This document shows, in pieces, positions 1-7,758 of a stretch of DNA of 24,000 nucleotides. Both the position numbers and the translations under genes were made by a program. Source of the DNA: Terriglobales bacterium (GTDB taxonomy: Bacteria > Acidobacteriota > Terriglobia > Terriglobales > Acidobacteriaceae); NCBI GenBank assembly GCA_035604895.1, contig DATNHO010000037.1:1-24000 (forward strand), in the 5' to 3' direction. The notes beneath the pieces are model-generated. The model was not told where the DNA came from and did no database searches. It saw nothing but the letters and a program-made list of their open reading frames with translations. Numbering within the stretch: position 1 is the first letter of the stretch; every line of letters begins with the position of its first letter.

Positions 1-1086
1 CTCGGGCAGTATCAGATCCTGGTGCAGTTGCCGGGCGTGGACGATCCGGCCCGGGTGAAGGAAATTATGCAGTCCACCGCCATGCTGGAAATCCGGCAAT
101 CGTTCGGTGGACCATACCCCAGCGAGCAGCAAGCCTTGCAGGATAAAGGCGGAGTGTTGCCTCCGGATCAGATGCTGATGCCGGGCCGCAGCGTTGGTAC
201 GAACGCTGGCGAAGGCGGGCAAGCCTGGTACCTGATATCGCGTGCATCGGCGGTCACCGGCCGCGACCTGCGCGCCGCCGACCAGTCGCGCGACGAGAAC
301 GGGCAGCCTTCGGTTAGTTTCACTCTGACTGGCGAAGGTGGCCGACGTTTCGCCAGCTTCACCGGCGCCCACGTCGGCGACAACCTTGCCGTCGTGCTCG
401 ACAATAAAGTGCAGGAAGTTGCCGTCATCAAAGACCAGATCCACGATCAAGGCGTAATCAATGGGCGCTTCACCGAGCAGCAAGCCAAAGACCTCGCCAT
501 GATTCTGCGCTCTGGCGCTTTGCCGGCCGGCATCAAATATCTGGAAGAGCGTACCGTGGGTCCGTCGTTAGGCAGCGATTCCATCCGCGCCGGAGTGACG
601 GCTGCGGTGATCGGCATGTTGGCCGTACTTATCTTTATGCTGGTTTACTATCACGCCGCCGGAATCAACGCGGACATCGCTTTGATTCTGAACCTGGTCA
701 TCCTGCTTGGCTTCCTTGGATTCAGCGGCGCGACTCTAACGCTCCCGGGAATTGCGGGAGTGATATTGACCGTCGGCATGGGCGTGGACTCAAACGTGCT
801 GATCTTTGAGCGCATCCGCGAGGAATTGCGCAATGGAAAAACGCCGCCCTCGGCAGTGGAGCAGGGCTTCGGCCATGCCTGGATTACGATTGTGGACACG
901 CACGTCACCACGATCGTTTCAGCAATCATTTTGTTCATCTTCGGCACCGGTCCAGTGCGCGGCTTCGCGGTCACGCTCAGCTTTGGTCTGTTTGCGAATC
1001 TGTTCACGGCTGTGTTCGTATCGCGTGTGATTTTCGACTGGTTGTTGAGCCGCAAGCAGCGCGGCGAAGCGTTAAGCATTGGGTAA
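1..1086 (+). CDS. secD: Protein translocase subunit SecD, C-terminal part (5' end outside window)
   Basis: Frame open from base 1 to TAA at 1084-1086. Contains GVDDPARV, the SecD periplasmic segment and the TM signature VGMGVDSNVLIFERIREELRNGK. secF follows. Confidence 0.96.
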   Translation, partial: LGQYQILVQLPGVDDPARVKEIMQSTAMLEIRQSFGGPYPSEQQALQDKGGVLPPDQMLMPGRSVGTNAGEGGQAWYLISRASAVTGRDLRAADQSRDENGQPSVSFTLTGEGGRRFASFTGAHVGDNLAVVLDNKVQEVAVIKDQIHDQGVINGRFTEQQAKDLAMILRSGALPAGIKYLEERTVGPSLGSDSIRAGVTAAVIGMLAVLIFMLVYYHAAGINADIALILNLVILLGFLGFSGATLTLPGIAGVILTVGMGVDSNVLIFERIREELRNGKTPPSAVEQGFGHAWITIVDTHVTTIVSAIILFIFGTGPVRGFAVTLSFGLFANLFTAVFVSRVIFDWLLSRKQRGEALSIG

Positions 1087-1091
1087 AACGT

Positions 1092-1205
1092 GTAGCCACG
1101 GACGCCTCGTCCCGGGCGCAGCGAGAAGGCGTTAATTGGAATTAGCGGGCAAATGAACACGTAGCGAGGCGGGCAGTTGAACCCGGACGAGACGTCCGGG
1201 GCTAC
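1092..1205. repeat. Intergenic imperfect inverted repeat (REP/MITE-like) between secD and secF
   Basis: Left arm GTAGCCACGGACGCCTCGTCCCGGG (1092-1116). Right arm CCCGGACGAGACGTCCGGGGCTAC (1182-1205), whose reverse complement is GTAGCCCCGGACGTCTCGTCCGGG. Confidence 0.7.
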
Positions 1206-1240
1206 GTGGACATCGCAAAAGAAAAGGAGTTCTAAGCGGC

Positions 1241-2449
1241 GTGGAATTTTTTCGCAATCCAAACATAGATTTCCTCGGCAAGAAGTGGTACTTCCTCGCT
1301 TTCTCGCTGGTCTTCAGCGTGGCCGGTGTGTTCTCCATGCTGTTCTGGCACCACATCCCTTACGGTGTCGACTTTCGTGGTGGCACGCTGGTTTACGTGA
1401 AGTTCGCCGAGACGCCGGATAACAACGCTATCCGTGCCTCGATGGACCGCGTGGGCCTCCACAACGCCCGGATCCAGAGCTACGGTTCGCCGGGCAGCAA
1501 CGAAGTGCTGATCGATGTTTCCGAACAGGAGACCAGCGAGCAGGCGCTCGACCGGAGCAAGACCCAGATCATTAACGCACTGGAAACCAATGCGCCCGCC
1601 GATAAGCAGGATCTGAACAACTCGAGTTTCTTGACCATTAAGAACTTCTTGCTGCAGAAGGACCCACTCCGCCTCGGGACCGACGCGGAACAGCGATACA
1701 CAGCCCAAGCCCAGGCAATCGTCAACTACCGCGACAAGGTAAAAAGTGGCGTGCTGCATTCCCTCGACGAACTGAAGGCGGCAGCCGATCCGGCGGTGGT
1801 GGCTTCCTTGTCAGATGGCTTCTTCCTTTCCGATTTCGGCGTACGCAACGTGGAAATCGTGGGTCCACAAGTGGGAGCGCAGTTGCGCAAGCAGGCCTTG
1901 CTGGCGACGGTTTACTCGCTGGCCGGGATGTTGGTTTATCTGGCCTTCCGCTTCGAATGGATTTACGGCGTCGCTGCAGTGATTACGGTGTTCCACGACA
2001 CCTTGATTACCGTAGGCGCATTTTCTTTGATGAACAAAGAGATTTCGTTAACCGTAATCGCCGCCATCCTGACCCTGATCGGCTATTCCAACAACGACAC
2101 CATCGTTGTTTTTGACCGCATCCGTGAGAACCTGAAGCTGATGCGGCGGGAGAAGCTATCGGACATCGTCAACCGCAGCATCAACCAGACCCTGAGCCGG
2201 ACCATCTTGACAGCGGGTTTAACATTCCTCACAGTCTTGGCTCTGTATCTCTTCGGCGGCGAAGTGTTGAAGGGCTTCTCGTTGGCCCTGGTAATCGGTA
2301 TCTTAATTGGGACCTATTCGTCGATCGCCATTGCGGCGCCGATTCTGGTGGCCTATCAGGATTGGCGGTCGAACCGCGACAGGCCGCAGGTGATGGTCCC
2401 GGTCGGCAAGGACGCAGGCCGCCGGGAAAAGGTGAAGGCTAAGGCCTAA
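1241..2449 (+). CDS. secF: Protein translocase subunit SecF (GTG start)
   Basis: YGVDFRGGTLVYVKF, TVFHDTLITVGAFSL and GYSNNDTIVVFDRIRENL signatures. AAGGAG at 1224-1229 upstream. Confidence 0.95.
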   Translation: MEFFRNPNIDFLGKKWYFLAFSLVFSVAGVFSMLFWHHIPYGVDFRGGTLVYVKFAETPDNNAIRASMDRVGLHNARIQSYGSPGSNEVLIDVSEQETSEQALDRSKTQIINALETNAPADKQDLNNSSFLTIKNFLLQKDPLRLGTDAEQRYTAQAQAIVNYRDKVKSGVLHSLDELKAAADPAVVASLSDGFFLSDFGVRNVEIVGPQVGAQLRKQALLATVYSLAGMLVYLAFRFEWIYGVAAVITVFHDTLITVGAFSLMNKEISLTVIAAILTLIGYSNNDTIVVFDRIRENLKLMRREKLSDIVNRSINQTLSRTILTAGLTFLTVLALYLFGGEVLKGFSLALVIGILIGTYSSIAIAAPILVAYQDWRSNRDRPQVMVPVGKDAGRREKVKAKA

Positions 2450-2621
2450 AATACCGTTCCTGCCTTGAGGGCAGTATAAGTTTGTGATTGGCCGGGATTT
2501 GAGGTAGTATCGTCCGGTTTTCGATTTGGTGGCCGTAAAACATCATTGCCGGGAGCAAATCAAGGGCAGTCGGTGTCTAAAGGGTAGTAGGGTAGTTAGG
2601 GTCTGATGTAGGAGAAACCTT

Positions 2622-3362
2622 ATGTTTGAAGACAGCCTGATAGAGTCCGGTGGAAGACTCAAAACGAAGAGGGGCGTCTGGACTTTCCTCTCGTTTATTT
2701 TTGAGGCCGTACTGGTCGGAGTTTTGGTGCTGATTCCACTGCTGTTCACCGAGGCTTTACCCAAAACCCAGTTGATGACCTTTCTAGTGGCGCCGCCCCC
2801 GCCACCGCCGCCACCCCCGCCACCCGCCGCGGCTCCGGTCAAGATCGTGAAGCAAGTGCAGACCAATATCATCAACAACCAGCTGCGCACGCCCACCAAG
2901 ATTCCTGAGAAAGTCCAAATGATCAAGGAAGATGAAGCCCCACCACCGGTGATGTCGGCCGGCGTGGTTGGCGGCGTTCCCGGCGGCATCCCCGGTGGAC
3001 AAATGGGTGGAGTCATTGGCGGCATTATCAGCTCGACCCCGGTCGCCGTGCCCAAAGTCGCTACGCCGACCCGCGTTCGCGTGTCCCAGGGTGTGACCCA
3101 GGGGCTGCTGATCCGTAAAATTCAGCCGAACTATCCACCCTTGGCCCGGCAAGCCCGCATCCAAGGAAGTGTGCTGCTGCAAGCCGAGATCAGCAAGGAC
3201 GGAGCCATCGAGAACCTGCATCTGATCAGTGGTCACCCCATGCTGGCGCCGGCAGCGATCGAAGCCGTAAAGCAGTGGAAGTACAAACCGTATATTCTGA
3301 ACGGCGAGCCGGTCGAGGTGGAAACGCAGATTACGGTGAACTTCACCCTGTCCGGGGGATAA
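2622..3362 (+). CDS. tonB: TonB family energy-transducer protein with polyproline stretch
   Basis: One N-terminal TM, APPPPPPPPPPPAAAP linker, C-terminal TonB domain (VQGSVLLQAEISKDGAIENLHLISGHPMLAPAAIEAVKQWKYKPYILNGEPVEVETQITVNF). exbB/exbD genes downstream. Confidence 0.88.
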   Translation: MFEDSLIESGGRLKTKRGVWTFLSFIFEAVLVGVLVLIPLLFTEALPKTQLMTFLVAPPPPPPPPPPPAAAPVKIVKQVQTNIINNQLRTPTKIPEKVQMIKEDEAPPPVMSAGVVGGVPGGIPGGQMGGVIGGIISSTPVAVPKVATPTRVRVSQGVTQGLLIRKIQPNYPPLARQARIQGSVLLQAEISKDGAIENLHLISGHPMLAPAAIEAVKQWKYKPYILNGEPVEVETQITVNFTLSGG

Positions 3363-3426
3363 GCCCGAGGCAGCAAAGATTTTCTAATTGAAAGTGACTG
3401 AGCAGTTTGAGGACGAGCTGTGTTTC

Positions 3427-3456
3427 CCTGATCCCTAAGTACTTAGGCGATTCAGG
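3427..3456. promoter_or_regulatory. Palindromic hairpin between tonB and exbB
   Basis: Perfect 14-bp palindrome CCTAAGTACTTAGG (3434-3447) flanked by CCTGA (3427-3431) and TCAGG (3452-3456). Confidence 0.4.
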
Positions 3457-3578
3457 AACGGGGCGGTTCGCGCAATTCAAGCCTTGCAGCTCGGCCTGTG
3501 ACTCCGAAAGCTTGCGCATTAAAGATCAGCAAAACGATTACCAGATTTTGAAGAGTTCCGAGGAGGAAAAAGCAACTC

Positions 3579-4334
3579 ATGCTCGCAGCCAATGTAGCAA
3601 CCCACACCCTAAGTCACATCTCCACCATGGCGGTCTGGATGTTCCAGGACCAACCGGTGGCCTGGGACCCGATCTCGCTATGGAAACAGATGGGATTCAT
3701 CGCGAGGACCGTGGTCGTTATTCTTTTCATCATGTCCGGCTGGTCCATCGGCGTAATGATTGACCGCGCCATGGCGTTTAGCGCGGCACGCAAGCAATCG
3801 CGAGCATTTGCTCCTGCGGTAGCTGGCGCCCTGCGTGACGGCAAGATTGACGAAGCTATCAAAGTTGCCGAGCGCAACAAGAAGAGCCATCTGGCGAAGG
3901 TCGTAACCGCCGGCTTGATGGAATTCCGTGCTCACCAGGAAAGCGGCGAGATTCCGGGCGAGACCATCGAAGCCTCGAAGCGCGCTTTGGAGCGCACCGA
4001 GGCTATCGTCCATGCCGAGCTTAAGCGCGGCTTGGGCGGCTTGGCTACGATTGGCTCAACTGCTCCCTTCGTCGGGCTGTTCGGCACGGTGATGGGCATT
4101 CTGAACGCCTTCAAAGGCATTTCAGAGCAGAAGGCCACCGGTCTGGGCGCAGTCGCAGGCGGTATCGCGGAAGCCCTTGTGACCACGGCCGTGGGACTGT
4201 TCGTCGCCATCCCGGCCGTTATGATGTTCAACTACCTGACCGGGCGCGTGGAAGCGTTCGACGTGGAGATGGATAACTCCTCGAGCGAACTGATCGATTA
4301 CTTCCTCAAGCGGCGGGGAGTGCGCCGGTCCTAG
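3579..4334 (+). CDS. exbB: MotA/TolQ/ExbB proton channel family protein
   Basis: GLGGLATIGSTAPFVGLFGTVMGILNAFKGI and GGIAEALVTTAVGLFVAIPAVMMFNYL signatures. GAGGAGG-like SD upstream. Confidence 0.93.
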   Translation: MLAANVATHTLSHISTMAVWMFQDQPVAWDPISLWKQMGFIARTVVVILFIMSGWSIGVMIDRAMAFSAARKQSRAFAPAVAGALRDGKIDEAIKVAERNKKSHLAKVVTAGLMEFRAHQESGEIPGETIEASKRALERTEAIVHAELKRGLGGLATIGSTAPFVGLFGTVMGILNAFKGISEQKATGLGAVAGGIAEALVTTAVGLFVAIPAVMMFNYLTGRVEAFDVEMDNSSSELIDYFLKRRGVRRS

Positions 4335-4375
4335 CTGGCTGAGCAGGATTGGTTTTCGACCTTGAGTTGCTGACC

Positions 4376-4401
4376 GGCGCCGGAGAATGTGCTTCGGCGC
4401 C
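4376..4401 (+). other. Hairpin between exbB and exbD
   Basis: GGCGCCG (4376-4382) / CGGCGCC (4395-4401), 12-nt loop. Confidence 0.35.
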
Positions 4402-4476
4402 GCGTCCTGACCTCCACGGGGCCGAGAGCCGGGTTGGTTAGCCGACGAGGATTCCGAGTGCGCAGGAGAGTGGATT

Positions 4477-4935
4477 ATGTCCCTTAACAAACGGAACGAA
4501 GGAGCCAAGGTCAACTCCGACATCAACGTGACCCCGATGGTCGACGTGATGCTGGTGTTGCTGATTATCTTCATGGTGATCACGCCCATGTTGCAGAAGG
4601 GCGTTAGCGTGGACTTGGCGAAAGTTAATAACCCGTCCCAGATGCCGGACGCGGACAAGGAAGACGCGCTGATCGTAGCCGTCATGCGCGATGGCCAGGT
4701 GTTTTTCGGTAACGATAAGACTCCACCTGACCAACTGACGCAAAAAGTGAAAGACCGTCTGGCCAATCGCATTGATAAGCGGGTTTTCGTCCGCGCCGAT
4801 GCCCGGGCTAAGTTTGGTTCGGTCGTGGCAGTCGTCGACAATGTCCGCGCTGCGGGCGTGGACCAGTTGGGTCTGCTGACTGATCAGAAGAAACAGGGTG
4901 CGACTCCGCCACCGCCGGCAACAGGCGGACAATAG
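4477..4935 (+). CDS. exbD: Biopolymer transport protein ExbD/TolR family
   Basis: SDINVTPMVDVMLVLLIIFMVITPM motif, followed by a periplasmic domain. Confidence 0.92.
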   Translation: MSLNKRNEGAKVNSDINVTPMVDVMLVLLIIFMVITPMLQKGVSVDLAKVNNPSQMPDADKEDALIVAVMRDGQVFFGNDKTPPDQLTQKVKDRLANRIDKRVFVRADARAKFGSVVAVVDNVRAAGVDQLGLLTDQKKQGATPPPPATGGQ

Positions 4936-4946
4936 AGGAGCTTGAT

Positions 4947-5387
4947 ATGGGAATGACAGCTGGAGGCGGCGGCGGCCAAAGTGCCGTGATCAACGTGACG
5001 CCACTGATTGACGTGCTGCTGGTATTACTGATCATCTTCATGGTGATTACGCCTTTAACCCCAAAAGGACTGGACGCCCTTGTCCCGCAACCCCCGCCGC
5101 CGAACGCGCCCAAGAACAACACGCCGGATCGCACCATCGTGGTGCAGTTGATCGATCGCGGAGCGGGCCAGGATCCAGGGGTAAAGATCAACAATGAGGA
5201 CACAACCTGGGACGGTCTGCAGGGGCGCTTGACGGATATTTTCAAGACCCGCGCCGAGAAGGTGATGTTTGTCAAAGGCGACGATAATGTTCCGTTTGCC
5301 GATGTAGCCAATGTGATTGACATTGCGCATGCTGCAGGAGTAGACAAGGTTGGTCTGATTACGGCCAAGATCGAAGCCGGCGGCTAG
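4947..5387 (+). CDS. exbD: Second ExbD/TolR family protein
   Basis: INVTPLIDVLLVLLIIFMVITPL motif. Only 11 nt downstream of the first exbD. Confidence 0.92.
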   Translation: MGMTAGGGGGQSAVINVTPLIDVLLVLLIIFMVITPLTPKGLDALVPQPPPPNAPKNNTPDRTIVVQLIDRGAGQDPGVKINNEDTTWDGLQGRLTDIFKTRAEKVMFVKGDDNVPFADVANVIDIAHAAGVDKVGLITAKIEAGG

Positions 5388-5419
5388 GCACGACAAGTTT
5401 TCATTTACAGAATTCAGAT

Positions 5420-5481
5420 GCACCTGCCCGCGTGATCGCGAACCGGCTGCGCCCGGAGGCGGTTTACGCACTGGCAGGTGC
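5420..5481 (+). other. Candidate structured RNA leader (three-way junction)
   Basis: Outer stem GCACCTGCC (5420-5428)/GGCAGGTGC (5473-5481). It encloses adjacent hairpins CGCG-TGAT-CGCG (5429-5440) and AACCG...CGGTT (5441-5464). Confidence 0.3.
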
Positions 5482-5533
5482 GTCGCAGATTTGTCACATC
5501 CCGGGAATCCTGGTGAGGGAGACTTATAAAGCA

Positions 5534-6361
5534 ATGAAAAAGAGCGTGCGGGTGCTGGCACTCATGGCGGTCGGGTTAACCTTGCTGTCTGGCGCTGGCT
5601 GCGACAAGTTAAGGGCGCGCGACCAGTTGAACAAGGGAGTCGCGTCCTACAAGAACGCCCGGTATGAGGAAGCCATCGATCATTTTCAGCAAGCGGTCAC
5701 CCTGGATCCCAGCCTGCTGAATGCTCGTCTTTATCTGGCGACCGCTTACGCCCAGCAGTACATTCCCGGAGTCGATGCCGAAGACAATAACCGCCTGGGA
5801 CAGCAGGCCATTGACCAATACAAGGCAGTCCTTGAGCGCGACCCCAAGAGCATCAATAGCGTCAAGGGAATCGCCTACATCTATTTGCAGATGAAGAAGT
5901 TTGAAGACGCCAAGACCTTCTACCGCAAGGCGCTCGAAATCGATCCCAACGACGCCGAGCCGTATTACTCAGTGGGTGTGATCGACTGGACCCAGACGTA
6001 TCAGCCGCGCATGGAAGAACGCGCCAAGCTGGGTCTGAAGCCGGATGAGCAATTGAATCCCAAGGACAAGAATCAGAAAAAGGCCTGCGACGATCTCAAA
6101 CAAAAAAACTCGGCTAACATTCAAGACGGCATTGATGCGCTCAAGAAAGCCCTTGAACTACGAGCCGACTACGACGATGCCATGGCGTACATGAACCTGA
6201 TGTACCGCGAAAAAGCGGATGTGGAATGCGACGATCTAGCGGGGCGGGCTGCGGATCTGAAAACGGCTGATGAATGGGTCGACAAGACCATGGCTACCAA
6301 GAAAGCTAAGGCCGAGAAGCAGCCTGGCGCTCAGGGCATCACCATGGATCAGCCGAAGTAA
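5534..6361 (+). CDS. Tetratricopeptide repeat lipoprotein
   Basis: Start placed at ATG 5534 giving MKKSVRVLALMAVGLTLLSGAGCDK (lipobox LSGAGC). TPR motifs such as YEEAIDHFQQAVTLDPSLLNARLYLATAY and YKAVLERDPKSINSVKGIAYIYLQMKKFEDAKTFYRKALEIDPNDAEPYY. Confidence 0.87.
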   Translation: MKKSVRVLALMAVGLTLLSGAGCDKLRARDQLNKGVASYKNARYEEAIDHFQQAVTLDPSLLNARLYLATAYAQQYIPGVDAEDNNRLGQQAIDQYKAVLERDPKSINSVKGIAYIYLQMKKFEDAKTFYRKALEIDPNDAEPYYSVGVIDWTQTYQPRMEERAKLGLKPDEQLNPKDKNQKKACDDLKQKNSANIQDGIDALKKALELRADYDDAMAYMNLMYREKADVECDDLAGRAADLKTADEWVDKTMATKKAKAEKQPGAQGITMDQPK

Positions 6362-6433
6362 TGGATCAGCCAAAATAAAGATCAGCCAAAGTTAATGATC
6401 AGCCGAAATAAATAAAGCAGATCAACCAGATTA
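6344..6433 (+). repeat. Degenerate 16-17 bp direct tandem repeat across the TPR gene stop codon
   Basis: Units: atggatcagccgaagta (6344), atggatcagccaaaata (6361), aagatcagccaaagtta (6378), atgatcagccgaaata (6395), then a more diverged cagatcaaccagatta (6418-6433). Confidence 0.7.
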
Positions 6434-6468
6434 AATCAGCCAAAAGCATCCCTGGGTAAGCGGCGACC

Positions 6469-6493
6469 GAGCCAGCCTGCATCCCGCTGGCTC
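6469..6493 (+). other. Hairpin downstream of TPR gene (possible transcript end)
   Basis: Perfect 8-bp arms GAGCCAGC (6469-6476)/GCTGGCTC (6486-6493), 9-nt loop. No U-tract. Confidence 0.4.
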
Positions 6494-6550
6494 TCACAAA
6501 GATACAAGCAACTCCACTGGCATAGCCCTCATCAATAAGGCTGCATCTCT

Positions 6551-6772
6551 ATGTACATTTTGACCCTCAATCCCGGCGAGTCCGCTTTCGTCCGTTGCAC
6601 TCGTTGCGAGAACCTGAACCTGATGGTGACCAACGAAAAAGAAAGCGATGTGTCCCTGCAGTTCAACACCAAAGACGATCAACTGGACGCTGAGTGTTTT
6701 CAGTGCAAACAGCACTATTTCTGGACTCCCGGCTCGGTCGCAATCGTAAAGTCCTCTGAAAGCGCAAATTAG
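6551..6772 (+). CDS. Small hypothetical protein with two CxxC motifs (zinc-ribbon-like)
   Basis: 73 aa, MYILTLNPGESAFVRCTRCENLNLMVT...LDAECFQCKQHYFW. Occupies an otherwise empty gap. Confidence 0.55.
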   Translation: MYILTLNPGESAFVRCTRCENLNLMVTNEKESDVSLQFNTKDDQLDAECFQCKQHYFWTPGSVAIVKSSESAN

Positions 6773-6870
6773 CAACTCCCCCCTCGCTCCAGGACCAGTG
6801 CCTTCCGTCACATGATTCGAGTGCTCGTTCCCGGTAACATTAGACCTTCGCGTTGCCGGGAGATAAGCGC

Positions 6871-7521
6871 ATGAAATGGAAGCTGGACCGCATTATCAGC
6901 GTGGCTACTCTGGCTGCGTCCTTGATCGCCATATTTCTTGTATTGAAGAAGCCAGCGCCCGTAGCGCCGGCGCAGTCGCCCGCAGCGGCGGCCGCCAATG
7001 CCGAGTCTGTTGAGAAGAAGCTGGAGCAATTGGAACAGCCCAAGGACCCCGGCCAACCACCCGCGCAGGTTCGCTTCAACTCCGATGAGATCACCGCTGC
7101 GCTGGCACAGGCAGCGGCGTTGGTTCCGGCGAACATCTCCGCGTCTTCAGCGGCTCCGCAAACCAGCCCAGGCTTGCCGACTTCGGTTCCCTCTTCGCCC
7201 GACGCGCCCATCGGAGAGGGTGAGCCTGAGGTGAAGGACTACAAAGTAAATTTCGACGGCGACGTGGCCCGCGGCCAGTTTGTCACCCAGATCGGCGGCA
7301 AGGATGTTTACGTTACGCTCGCGGGACATCTAGGCTCAAAGGATGGCTACGCGACCTTCGATCCCACCGAATTTAAGATCGGCGATCTGAACGTTCCGCT
7401 GTCGCTAGTCAGCGGCGCCCTGCAAAAGAAGCTTACCGAACAGCGCGACCGTCTGAAGCTTCCAGATGACGTCGGCAACATCAAGGTCGAGAACGGTCAA
7501 CTGGTCGCAACGCAAAAATAA
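6871..7521 (+). CDS. Hypothetical membrane-anchored protein, Ala/Pro-rich linker
   Basis: From ATG 6871: MKWKLDRIISVATLAASLIAIFLVLKKPAPVAPAQSPAAAAA... Single N-terminal TM followed by a soluble domain. Confidence 0.65.
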   Translation: MKWKLDRIISVATLAASLIAIFLVLKKPAPVAPAQSPAAAAANAESVEKKLEQLEQPKDPGQPPAQVRFNSDEITAALAQAAALVPANISASSAAPQTSPGLPTSVPSSPDAPIGEGEPEVKDYKVNFDGDVARGQFVTQIGGKDVYVTLAGHLGSKDGYATFDPTEFKIGDLNVPLSLVSGALQKKLTEQRDRLKLPDDVGNIKVENGQLVATQK

Positions 7522-7758
7522 TTGGATGGTGTGTTGACAAATGCCGGAAGGCGCCTTGGCCGAGCGCGAAATGTTACCTGTGCCCTCTGGAAGAAGATTT
7601 GTTGAACTCGTTCACCTGCCTGGAACTCCTACCCGATTTTGACATTTTGATTACATTTCCATGACATCCCCAGACCGGGTAGGACTACGATGCGGCGGTT
7701 GAGGTTTCTCAACCTACACGTGCAGGTTTCCTCAAACACTAGGCCGGAGGGGTCAGTC

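Noticed and set aside
651-1262. 203-aa minus-strand ORF across the end of secD
   Set aside because: Antisense to secD and runs through the intergenic inverted repeat. No family features.
7639-7667. TTGACA at 7639-7644 as a promoter for the GloVer-like gene
   Set aside because: The -35 match is perfect, but the 17-bp-spaced hexamer TGACAT is a poor -10.
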